Source of the DNA: a virus
Length of the DNA: 64,000 nucleotides
Reading direction: 5' to 3' (one strand)
Virus record (IMG/VR): IMGVR_UViG_3300028800_001035
Coordinates: 1-64,000 of that record
Of the stretch, positions 18,374 to 27,228 are shown in pieces (within the stretch, counting starts at the first letter, position 1; each line of letters begins with the position of its first letter). The translations under genes and the position numbers were made by a program. The notes beneath the pieces are model-generated. The model ran no database searches and was not told where the DNA came from. It worked only from the letters and a program-made list of their open reading frames with translations.

Positions 18374-20152
18374 ATGGCCGTCAAGAGCGTTATAGAAGTC
18401 GAGGTCGACGACGGCGCGTTCAAGACGTTCAAGGCGCTCTTCGACAAATTCAAGGAGCAGGCCGCCGAGATCCCGGAGGTCTGGGCTCAAGTCGGCAAGG
18501 AGACCAAGGGCTCCGCCGGTAACTTCGCCGATATGACCGCCGCGCTTATGGCGCAGGCGCATTTGATGGACGCGCTCGAGAAGAAGCGCCGGGCCGCCGA
18601 CCGGGCCGTCGACAAGGAAACGACGAGCTGGAAGCGCATCTCGACCTACTCGAAAGAGGTCGCGGGCAACATCGGCAAGGCGACGGTCGCGCTTCTCAAG
18701 TGGGGAGCCTTGACCGGCGTCGTCTCCGGCCTCCTAGGCGGGGGCGGCCTCTACGGGATAGACCGCCTAGCCCTCGGCGTCGGGGCCGGTAGGCGCTCGT
18801 CCCTGGGACTAGGGATCGGCTACGGCGAGCAGAAGTCCTTCGAGACCAACTTCGGCCGGATCGTCGACCCGAACTCCTTCCTTTCCGGGGTCAACGAATC
18901 CCTTCACGACGTTACCAAGCGCTGGATGCTCCAGGCGGCGGGCGTCAAGGCTTCGACGATCGCGGGCGGCGACACCGGGGCGGTCGGGGTCGAACTCCTC
19001 AACTCCGTCAAGACCCTCGTCGACCGGACCCCGGCGAACCAGCTTCAGCAGCTCTCGGATTCCCGGGGGCTCGGTCAGTTTTATTCCCTCCAGGACCTCG
19101 TCCGGCTCAAAGCCACCTCTCGCGAGGAGCTCGCGACGCAGGGCGCAGCGTTCCGACGCGACGCGGGCTCGTTCGGTCTCGACGACCGGACGCAGCGCCG
19201 CTTTCAGGACTTCGCGACCCAGCTCTCCCGGGCCGGTCGCAAGATCGAGACGGTCTTCGTCGAAGGCCTCTCCCCCCTGGTCCCGTCCCTCTCCAAATTG
19301 TCAGAATCCGTCGCCGACGCGCTCGGCTCGTTCCTCAAGAGCATCAAGCCGTCCGACGTCGACGCGATCGGAAAAGACATAACCGACTTCGCGAAGTACC
19401 TCGGCTCGCCCGAGTTCAAGAAGAACCTTCACGACTTCGGCGCGGACGTCGGAAGCCTCGCGCACGCGATCGCCGACGCGCTCCACGCGCTCGGCAAGCA
19501 CTCCGTCCAGGACGCCGCGTTCGGCGCGGCGGCGGGTTTCGTCGTAGGCGGCGTACCCGGCGCGGTCGTTGGCGGCCTCGTTGGCGGCGCAGTCGGCGCT
19601 GGTCGCGATGGCGTAACGGTCTCGCACGTCGAAGGCGGCAAGACGATCGTCGATAGACCCGACCTCGTCGGGAAGGGCTTCGTCGACGACGGCAAGTTTC
19701 ACGTCCTTCATCCCGAGACCTGGGGTCGCGGCTGGACCCGGCCGAACGATACCAACCCCGGCAACATCGAGAAACTCGACGGGACGGGCTATCGGACTTT
19801 CGCCAATCCTGGTGAGGGCGTTCGCGCGGTCGCGGATCAGCTCAAGCGGTACGAATACTCGAACAAGTGGGGGCACCTCGATACGATCGCGAAGATCATC
19901 GCGACCTACGCTCCCGCCAAGGCCGGAAACAACGTCGGCGCGTACATCAAGGACGTCGTCGGGCAGACGGGGTACAAGGCCGATCAGCATCTAGAACTTT
20001 CCGACAATAGGGTCCTCGCGAAGCTGACGTCGGCGATCCTCCGCCACGAGAACATCAAGAAAAATTCGGGCTACACGCCGGAGAAGACCTTGCAGATCAT
20101 CAACAATACGGGCGGCAACGCGATGGTCGTCGCCTCGCAGGCCGCTAGGTGA
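18374..20152 (+). CDS. Tape measure protein with C-terminal lysozyme-like domain
   Basis: Helical Ala/Gly-rich; C-terminal TNPGNI...F....EG..A...L.RY...TI..II..YAP...NN..AYI motif. Confidence 0.8.
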   Translation: MAVKSVIEVEVDDGAFKTFKALFDKFKEQAAEIPEVWAQVGKETKGSAGNFADMTAALMAQAHLMDALEKKRRAADRAVDKETTSWKRISTYSKEVAGNIGKATVALLKWGALTGVVSGLLGGGGLYGIDRLALGVGAGRRSSLGLGIGYGEQKSFETNFGRIVDPNSFLSGVNESLHDVTKRWMLQAAGVKASTIAGGDTGAVGVELLNSVKTLVDRTPANQLQQLSDSRGLGQFYSLQDLVRLKATSREELATQGAAFRRDAGSFGLDDRTQRRFQDFATQLSRAGRKIETVFVEGLSPLVPSLSKLSESVADALGSFLKSIKPSDVDAIGKDITDFAKYLGSPEFKKNLHDFGADVGSLAHAIADALHALGKHSVQDAAFGAAAGFVVGGVPGAVVGGLVGGAVGAGRDGVTVSHVEGGKTIVDRPDLVGKGFVDDGKFHVLHPETWGRGWTRPNDTNPGNIEKLDGTGYRTFANPGEGVRAVADQLKRYEYSNKWGHLDTIAKIIATYAPAKAGNNVGAYIKDVVGQTGYKADQHLELSDNRVLAKLTSAILRHENIKKNSGYTPEKTLQIINNTGGNAMVVASQAAR

Positions 20153-20820
20153 GCGGCGCGGGCCGTGCCCAGTTCGACCTCTCCTTCCAGATCAGCCCGA
20201 TCATCTTGGTCGGGGGGATCGCGGCGGGACAGACCGGCGGAATGTCAATCTCCGATCTCCTCGGGGAATCGGACTCGGACGAGCCGTTCGCCAAGTTCAT
20301 ACCGCTCAACGGCGGGACGATCATCGACCAGGCGGTCGCGACCTTCCCGTTCGCGAACCAAACGGTCGCAGCCAACGCGGTCATAGCAAACCCGAACGTC
20401 GTCTCCCTCAAGATGATCGTTCCGGCGGTGGACGGCTTCAGCTACGGGCAGAAACTGCAAGTCATAACGGCGCTACAATCCTCGCTCGCGAAGCACAACG
20501 CGCAGGGTGGAACCTACACCGTCGCGACGCCCTCCTTCTACTACGACAACTGCCTCTTGACCGCCCTCCGCGACATCTCCGGCGGCGAGTCGAAGCAGGC
20601 GCAGATCGAGTGGCAATTCGACTTCTTCCAGCCGCTGATCACGCTCGCGGCCGCAGCCGCCGCGCAGAGCACGCTTATGAGCAAGGTTTCCAACGCGACG
20701 CCGGTCGACGGCGATCCGCCCGCGTGGTCCGGCCTCTCGACGACCTCCGGCTCGCCGCCGGGCGTCGGATCGACCGGATCGACCCCGTCCGCCGCGCCGC
20801 CCGTCGGGAGCCCGCCGTGA
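20149..20820 (+). CDS. Baseplate/tail tube initiator
   Basis: Position after TMP; QIEWQFDFFQPL. Confidence 0.65.
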   Translation: MSGAGRAQFDLSFQISPIILVGGIAAGQTGGMSISDLLGESDSDEPFAKFIPLNGGTIIDQAVATFPFANQTVAANAVIANPNVVSLKMIVPAVDGFSYGQKLQVITALQSSLAKHNAQGGTYTVATPSFYYDNCLLTALRDISGGESKQAQIEWQFDFFQPLITLAAAAAAQSTLMSKVSNATPVDGDPPAWSGLSTTSGSPPGVGSTGSTPSAAPPVGSPP

Positions 20821-21305
20821 CGACGTATTTCGAGTTCGCGCCGACCAACACGGCGGCGTTTCAATTTCAACCGACGTTCGACGGCGTGGTCTACAACGTC
20901 GCCGTCCCATGGCTCCTCTTCGGCCGCCGCTACTACGTCGCCTGCTACGCGCTCGACGGGACCCTCCAGTTCCTCTTGCCGCTGATCGGCTCGCCGACGG
21001 GGTTCGAGATACAGGCGATCGAGTGGGAGCGCGGCAACGCGATCGTCACGACGGTCGAACCGCACGGCTTCAAGATCGGATCGACGACCGAGGTGACGAT
21101 CTCCGGCGTCGCCCCGGCCGCGTACGACGGCAAATTCAAGGCCCTCGCGGTCGACCCCGTCACCCTCTCCTACCCCCTGGCCGCCAACCCCGGCCAGGCG
21201 ACGGCGCTCGGAAGCGCGAACCGCGATATAAGCATGACGGCGGGGTACTTCAATTCGACCCTCGTCTATCGTGCCGCGAACAAGACCTTCGAGGTCTCGC
21301 CCTAG
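20817..21305 (+). CDS. Baseplate protein
   Basis: GTG start (MTTYFEFAP); contains the TTVEPHG beta insert. Confidence 0.65.
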   Translation: MTTYFEFAPTNTAAFQFQPTFDGVVYNVAVPWLLFGRRYYVACYALDGTLQFLLPLIGSPTGFEIQAIEWERGNAIVTTVEPHGFKIGSTTEVTISGVAPAAYDGKFKALAVDPVTLSYPLAANPGQATALGSANRDISMTAGYFNSTLVYRAANKTFEVSP

Positions 21306-22297
21306 TGCGGTATTACAAGATCGTTCTCAAGAACGCGACGAGCGGCGAAGTCATCCGGCCCGCCTCGATGACGAACCTCGACGCCGATTCGAGCTACGCG
21401 AGCTACGCGGGCGGCGCGACCCTTCCGGGCGCGCTCAACGTCGAGCTCGACCTCCCGGTCTCGTCCTTCGCAACGCCAGCCGGAGCGGCCTACGTTAAGA
21501 TCTGGGGCGTCTCCCTCGCGGAGATCGCCCAGTCGAACGACCTCGCCGGTTGCAAGATCGAAGTCTACGGCGGAATGCAGAAAGGCCTTCCGCTCGCCAA
21601 GCCAGCGCAGGCGGGGCTCTTGGTTCAGGGGGTGGTTTCGCAGGCCTTCGGCAACTGGGTCGGGACCGAGATGTCCCTCGACCTGATCGTCGTAGCCGAC
21701 GCCGGGACGAGCGAAGCGCCGAAGAACATCGTCCTCGACTGGAAGAAAGGCGCGACCCTCTCGGACGCGCTTTCCTCGACCTTGACGAACGCGTTCCCGG
21801 GATCGACGGCGAAGATCAACATCGACCCCGGCCTCGTCGCGACGCAGGATCAGCAGGGGTTCTACGCGACGATGACGCAGCTAAACTCCTACCTCGTCTC
21901 GGCGAGCAAGGGGATTATAAAGCGCGACGGCTACATCGGGGTTCAAGTCGCGCAGCTCGGCAACGCCTTCAACGTCTACGACGGGACGACGAAGTCGACG
22001 CCGAAGGAGATCGCGTTCGAGGACCTACTCGGGCAGCCGACGTGGATCGGACCTAGCGTCGTTCAATTCAAGACGGTTATGCGGGCGGACGTCGTCCTCG
22101 ACGACTACGTCAAGCTCCCCGCGCCTCAGGTCTCCGCGACGGCGGCGGGAACGCCGCCGTTCGGGAGCGGGATCAAGCAGAAGAGCGCGTTCCAGGGTTC
22201 GTTTCAGATCATAGACGTGCATAGCTACGGAAGCTTCCGGCAGCCCGACGCCTACGCTTGGAATACGACGTTCAACGCGGTCCCGGAGCTGCAATGA
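21305..22297 (+). CDS. Baseplate hub protein
   Basis: GTG start (MRYYKIVL); ~330 aa immediately before the spike. Confidence 0.7.
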   Translation: MRYYKIVLKNATSGEVIRPASMTNLDADSSYASYAGGATLPGALNVELDLPVSSFATPAGAAYVKIWGVSLAEIAQSNDLAGCKIEVYGGMQKGLPLAKPAQAGLLVQGVVSQAFGNWVGTEMSLDLIVVADAGTSEAPKNIVLDWKKGATLSDALSSTLTNAFPGSTAKINIDPGLVATQDQQGFYATMTQLNSYLVSASKGIIKRDGYIGVQVAQLGNAFNVYDGTTKSTPKEIAFEDLLGQPTWIGPSVVQFKTVMRADVVLDDYVKLPAPQVSATAAGTPPFGSGIKQKSAFQGSFQIIDVHSYGSFRQPDAYAWNTTFNAVPELQ

Positions 22298-22989
22298 GCT
22301 TCAACGCGCAGAAGACGCCGGGCGGGAAGAGCCTCAACGAGCTGACCCGGATGCGGACCGGCGACGCGCGGCAGGTCGTCGGGCAGCGCCTGCCGTGCTC
22401 CGTTACCGCCGTCGACGGCGCGATGGTCACCGTCAAGTTCGAGATCGCGACGGAGGACTTTACGCTCCCGAGCGTGACGGTCCCGATCGCCAACTCGATA
22501 TACGTCCGCGAGCCGACGCAGGTCAGCGACAAGGGCTATGTTCAGGCCGCCGACGCGCGCCTCGGCGGCGTCGCCGGGCTCTTCGAAGGCTCGGCCGACC
22601 TCTCGACGCCTTCGAACCTCGGCGCACTCGTCTTCGTCCCAATCGGCAACGCAACTTGGGAACCTGTCCCCGACCCCGACAAGCTGACGCTCCAGGGGCC
22701 GAAGGGCTTCTACCTCCGCGACCTCCCGGAGTCCGGCGGCGACGAGACCTTCTCAATCGTCGGCGACAAGGACTCTGGGACGATCACGATAAAGGTCGGA
22801 AACGACGTCTCGGCCGTTCTCAGCGCGACGGAGATTCTCTTCAAGGTCAAGACGAACGCAACAATCAAGATGATAGACGGCGAGATCGACATCGACGCGA
22901 CGACGGTCAAGATCAACGGGCACGATTTCAATACGCACGAGCACTCGGGGGTTCAGACCGGAGGCGGAAACACGGGAGGCGTCGTTTGA
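22294..22989 (+). CDS. Baseplate central spike (gpV/gp138-like)
   Basis: C-terminal HEHSGVQTGGGNTGG HxH metal-binding tip. Confidence 0.85.
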   Translation: MSFNAQKTPGGKSLNELTRMRTGDARQVVGQRLPCSVTAVDGAMVTVKFEIATEDFTLPSVTVPIANSIYVREPTQVSDKGYVQAADARLGGVAGLFEGSADLSTPSNLGALVFVPIGNATWEPVPDPDKLTLQGPKGFYLRDLPESGGDETFSIVGDKDSGTITIKVGNDVSAVLSATEILFKVKTNATIKMIDGEIDIDATTVKINGHDFNTHEHSGVQTGGGNTGGVV

Positions 22990-23333
22990 GGACTTACGGA
23001 CGCGCCGTCGACCCGAACACCGGCAAGTTCGGCTGGATGATTGTCGAGACGGCGGCGGACGGGTCGAACGACTACGTCTACCTGACGACGCTCTGCCAGG
23101 TCCTCCTTCTCAACCTCAACGAGTCGCCGTTCTTCGCCAACTATGGTATCCCGGCGCACCAATCCGTCGCGCAGCAGATCGCGCCCGACTTCTACGTCGC
23201 CGCGACGCAGCGGCAATTCGCGGGCTTCTTCGCGAGCCTCGTCATCAACAAGATCAAGGCGATCCCGCCGACCTATGCGGTCCGGGTCATCACCAACCAG
23301 GGCGTTAAGATGGAAGCGACGGTGGCAATTTGA
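22986..23333 (+). CDS. Baseplate wedge protein (gp25-like)
   Basis: TTG start (MRTYGR); LNLNESPFFANYGIP motif. Confidence 0.7.
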   Translation: MRTYGRAVDPNTGKFGWMIVETAADGSNDYVYLTTLCQVLLLNLNESPFFANYGIPAHQSVAQQIAPDFYVAATQRQFAGFFASLVINKIKAIPPTYAVRVITNQGVKMEATVAI

Positions 23334-24760
23334 GCACGGGACTGCCGCTCGTCATGACCGCCGCCGGTCCGCAGCCGACCGCGCCCGCGACGCTCCGCGC
23401 GGAACTCCTCGCGTCGGTCGCGGCGACCAACCCGGGCTACACGGCGAACCTGCCCGCCTCGCTGATCGAGGACGTCGCGAGCACGGACGTCGGCGCGCTC
23501 GTAATCGCCGACACGGCCCGCGTCGAAACCGTCAACTCCCTGACGCCCTACGGCGCGAACCCCTTCCTGCTCAACCAGCTCGGGCAGGTCTACGGCGTCC
23601 CGATCGGCGAGCCGACGAGTACGTCGGTCTTCCTCGTCTTCTCCGGCCCGGCGGGCTTCGTCATCGGGAAGGGCTTCCTCGTCTCGGACGGGACGCACCA
23701 GTACGCGGCGGCCGACGGCGGCGTCATCGACGGAACGCTTCAGTCGACCCCCCTGTTCTTCGTCGCGACCTCGCAGGGATCTTGGCCGGTCCCGGCCAAC
23801 TCCGTGACGACGTTGATCACGTCGATCCCGACTTCGGTTAGCACCATTACCGCGACGAACCCACTCCCGGGCGTTCCCGGCATCGCGACCGGCGAGACCG
23901 AGGAGTCCTACCGGGCGCGCGTCCTTCAGGCCGGGCTCGCGGCGAGCCAGGGGATGACGCGCTACCTCAAGACGCTCCTCGGGCAAGTCTCGGGAACGCA
24001 GACGCGCTTGATCTCGGTGCGGCAAATCGTCGGCGCGGGATGGGAAGTCATCTGCGGCGGCGGCGATCCCTACGAGGTCGCGTTCGCGATCTTCCAGGCG
24101 CTCTTCGACATCAACACGCTCGTCGGCTCGACGATAAAGATCACCGGGATTACGAACGCGACGCTCGGCGTCGTCACGACGGACCTCAACCACGGGCTCG
24201 TGACGGGGCAGAACAACGTTCACATCGCCGGGGTCGTCGGAATGACCGGCGCGAACGGAGGCCCGTATACCGTAACCGTTCTGACAGAGAAGACTTTCAC
24301 GTTCGGGGTCAACACGAGCGGCTTCGGGGCCTACGTCTCCGGCGGCGTCGTTACGCCGAACGCGCGGAACGTCGTCGTCGACGTTGACGATTATCCCGAT
24401 ACGTATGCGATCCCGTTCGTCAACCCGCCGCAGCAGTCCGTGACGATGAACGTTACGTGGAACACCAACGCGACAAACTTCGTTAGCGCGGCGGCGGTCG
24501 CGCAGCTCGCGATCCCGGCGCTGACGGACTACGTCAACTCGATCGGCGTCGGCCAGCCGATCAACCTCCTCGAGATGACGACGATCTTTCAGGCGGCGAT
24601 AACGCCGGTTTTGATTCCGGACCTCCTCGTCCGCCTCGTCTTCTCCGTCAACATCAACGGCGTGACGACCGCTCCCCCGGCTGGCGAGAGCGTCATCAAC
24701 GGCGACCCGGAGTCCTATTTCTTCGCCGCGCAGTCCGGAATAGTGGTCGTTCAGGGATGA
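23330..24760 (+). CDS. Baseplate J-like protein
   Basis: LNQLGQVYG, G...ETEESYRARV motifs. Confidence 0.85.
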   Translation: MSTGLPLVMTAAGPQPTAPATLRAELLASVAATNPGYTANLPASLIEDVASTDVGALVIADTARVETVNSLTPYGANPFLLNQLGQVYGVPIGEPTSTSVFLVFSGPAGFVIGKGFLVSDGTHQYAAADGGVIDGTLQSTPLFFVATSQGSWPVPANSVTTLITSIPTSVSTITATNPLPGVPGIATGETEESYRARVLQAGLAASQGMTRYLKTLLGQVSGTQTRLISVRQIVGAGWEVICGGGDPYEVAFAIFQALFDINTLVGSTIKITGITNATLGVVTTDLNHGLVTGQNNVHIAGVVGMTGANGGPYTVTVLTEKTFTFGVNTSGFGAYVSGGVVTPNARNVVVDVDDYPDTYAIPFVNPPQQSVTMNVTWNTNATNFVSAAAVAQLAIPALTDYVNSIGVGQPINLLEMTTIFQAAITPVLIPDLLVRLVFSVNINGVTTAPPAGESVINGDPESYFFAAQSGIVVVQG

Positions 24761-25572
24761 TCCCGTCTTCCGCGATCGGCTCCTTCGTCATCGGACGTTC
24801 CCCGATCGGGGCGTTCGTTCCGCCGCCGCCGCCGGTTCCGTTTCCGCCGCCGGGTCCGACGACGGTCACGAAGGTCATACCGGCCTACCTCTATCAAGAG
24901 TACAACGACGACGACGACCTTCAGGGGTTCTTCGCGGCGCAGAACGCGCTAGCGCAGGACATCGTCGGCTGGTTCGCGACGATCGGCCTCCCGGTCTACA
25001 CCGGGGAGCAGGTCTCCAACCTCCTCCTCGACTGGGTCATCGCCGGACTCTACGGGATCGAAGGCCGACCGGCCCTCCCGTCGGGGACGAACCAAGACGT
25101 CGGCCCGCTAAACACGTGGGCGCTCAACACCCTCGCGCTCAACGCCTACGAGATCATCGGGAACCAAAACTTCTACGCGACGACGGACGACATCTTCCGC
25201 CGCATCTTGACCTGGCACTTCTACAAGGGCGACGGGAAGGTCTTCACGATACGCTGGCTCAAGCGCCGCATCATGCGGTTCTTGACCGGCGTCGACGGGA
25301 CGGCTGGAGAGACCGACGAGACCTACCCGATCTCGGTCTCGTTCGGCGCGGGGAACCAGGTCAACATCGGGGTTGCGAACGGGACGCGGACGATCACGAC
25401 GAGCGCCCTCCTCAACACGTTCGCGCTCAATACGGTCGCCCTCAACGAGCTCGACTCGACCTTCGTCCCGGAGCCGCCGTTTCCGCTCGCGCCGATCCTC
25501 AAGGCGGGGATCGACTCGGGCGTTCTCGAGCTACCTTTTCAGTTCACATACGTCGTGACGATCACGACCTAG
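24757..25572 (+). CDS. Baseplate wedge protein (DUF2612/gpI-like)
   Basis: LLDW....YG..RP, TDDIFRRIL motifs; follows the J-like gene. Confidence 0.7.
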   Translation: MIPSSAIGSFVIGRSPIGAFVPPPPPVPFPPPGPTTVTKVIPAYLYQEYNDDDDLQGFFAAQNALAQDIVGWFATIGLPVYTGEQVSNLLLDWVIAGLYGIEGRPALPSGTNQDVGPLNTWALNTLALNAYEIIGNQNFYATTDDIFRRILTWHFYKGDGKVFTIRWLKRRIMRFLTGVDGTAGETDETYPISVSFGAGNQVNIGVANGTRTITTSALLNTFALNTVALNELDSTFVPEPPFPLAPILKAGIDSGVLELPFQFTYVVTITT

Positions 25573-25588
25573 CGGAGACCTATCGAAG

Positions 25589-26695
25589 ATGGTCAACACC
25601 TTCCTCTACGCGAACAACGCCAAGTCGGCCCTCGCCGGGGCGATCACGAACGTCGCGACGTCGGCGAACTTGACGTCCGGCTCCGGCGTCCTCTTCCCGA
25701 ACCCGGTCGCCGGACAACAGTTCGCGATGACCTTCGTCGACGCGGCGACTGGCCTCCTCAACGAGATCGTCTACGTCACGTCGCGGTCGGGCGATACCGT
25801 CACGATGGTTCGCGCGCAAGAAGGTACGACCGCCCTCGCCTGGAGCGCCGGAGACATCGCGGCGAGCCTTATGACGGCGGGGAACATGGCGCAGTTCCTT
25901 CAGCCGGGAAATACGACCTACCTTCGAACGCGGCTTGCGACGAATACTACGTTCTACGCGTCGAACACCGGAAACGATAGCACAGGCGACGGCACCGTCG
26001 GCAATCCGTGGGCGACGATGGCTCACGCTATCGCCGTCGTATATCAAAGCTATGACGCGAATGGCGCAACGGTAACAATCAAATGGAATGCTGCCGTTAC
26101 AAACACTGAAAATTTGATCATAAACGGGCCGATGGTCGGCGTCGGATTGCCTTCTAATTTCGTCTTGGATTTCAACTCTCAGACGATGAGCCCGTCGGCT
26201 ACGGCCGATTGCATAATCGCGCAAATGAACGCGCTTGTCTCCATTCAGAACGTTATCCTCACGAATACGCACTCCGCCGGGTGCCTTACGGCTCAGTATG
26301 GTGGCCAAATTCAAATCGCAGCTGGTGTTACCTTCGGAAGCGCGACCGGTGCAAATCATATTCTTGCTCAGGTAGGCGGCCGGGTAACGTCTAGCGCAAA
26401 TTATACGATCACCGGTAGCGCGGCTTCGCACGTAAATTGCAACGACAACGGCATTGCTGTAATGCTAGGCGGGGCGACGACGACAATTACCGGAACGCCC
26501 GCCTTTTCTCTCGCGTTTATCTTTTGCAATTCCAACGGGTTCTTCGGTTGGACCGCCGCAACATTCTCTGGCGCTGCAACGGGATCGCGCTACAGCGCGT
26601 CGCTTAATGGTGTTATCTTCACGAATGGCGCGGGCGCGACTTATTTTCCAGGAAATTCGGCTGGCTCAACATCGACCGGCGGACAGTACGACTAA
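25589..26695 (+). CDS. Tail fibre/receptor-binding protein
   Basis: N-terminal NEIVYVT...T.TMVRAQEGT anchor, GNDSTGDGT..NPWAT motif, lower-GC C-terminal half. Confidence 0.75.
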   Translation: MVNTFLYANNAKSALAGAITNVATSANLTSGSGVLFPNPVAGQQFAMTFVDAATGLLNEIVYVTSRSGDTVTMVRAQEGTTALAWSAGDIAASLMTAGNMAQFLQPGNTTYLRTRLATNTTFYASNTGNDSTGDGTVGNPWATMAHAIAVVYQSYDANGATVTIKWNAAVTNTENLIINGPMVGVGLPSNFVLDFNSQTMSPSATADCIIAQMNALVSIQNVILTNTHSAGCLTAQYGGQIQIAAGVTFGSATGANHILAQVGGRVTSSANYTITGSAASHVNCNDNGIAVMLGGATTTITGTPAFSLAFIFCNSNGFFGWTAATFSGAATGSRYSASLNGVIFTNGAGATYFPGNSAGSTSTGGQYD

Positions 26696-27228
26696 TGACC
26701 TCCCTCGCCTGGGGCGCTCGCGTCTCCCCTCTCTTCCGGACGACGGTCGTCGGAATCGCGAGCGACCTCGCGATCTCCGACCCGTCGTGGCTTATGGCCG
26801 CGATGGCGTTCGAGACCGGGGAACGGTTCGCGCCCGACGTCCGCAACGGCGCGGGCTCCGGCGCGGTCGGCTTGATCCAGTTTATGCCGCAAACCGCCGC
26901 CGCCTTGGGAACCTCGACCGACGAGCTCGCCGCGATGACGCCCGAGACGCAGCTCGGCTTCGTTAAGGCCTACTTCGAGCCGCGCGCCGGTAGGCTCAAC
27001 AGCCTCGGAGACGTCTACGGTGCTATCCTGTGGCCCGCGATGATCGGCAAGCCCGACGACGCGGTCGTCTTCGACGAGGCCGACCCGCACCACCCGAAGC
27101 TCTACCTTCAGAACAAGGGCCTCGACCTCAACGCCGACGGTAAAATAACCAAGGCCGAAGTCGTCTCGCGCGTCGCGCGCGAGCTCGACCGGGGCCTCCT
27201 CCCGAACAACTCGACGGAGATCGTATGA
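26695..27228 (+). CDS. Endolysin (SLT/lysozyme-like) with EF-hand-like motif
   Basis: MAFETG catalytic Glu, AVGLIQFMP motif, DLNADGKITKAE. Confidence 0.85.
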   Translation: MTSLAWGARVSPLFRTTVVGIASDLAISDPSWLMAAMAFETGERFAPDVRNGAGSGAVGLIQFMPQTAAALGTSTDELAAMTPETQLGFVKAYFEPRAGRLNSLGDVYGAILWPAMIGKPDDAVVFDEADPHHPKLYLQNKGLDLNADGKITKAEVVSRVARELDRGLLPNNSTEIV

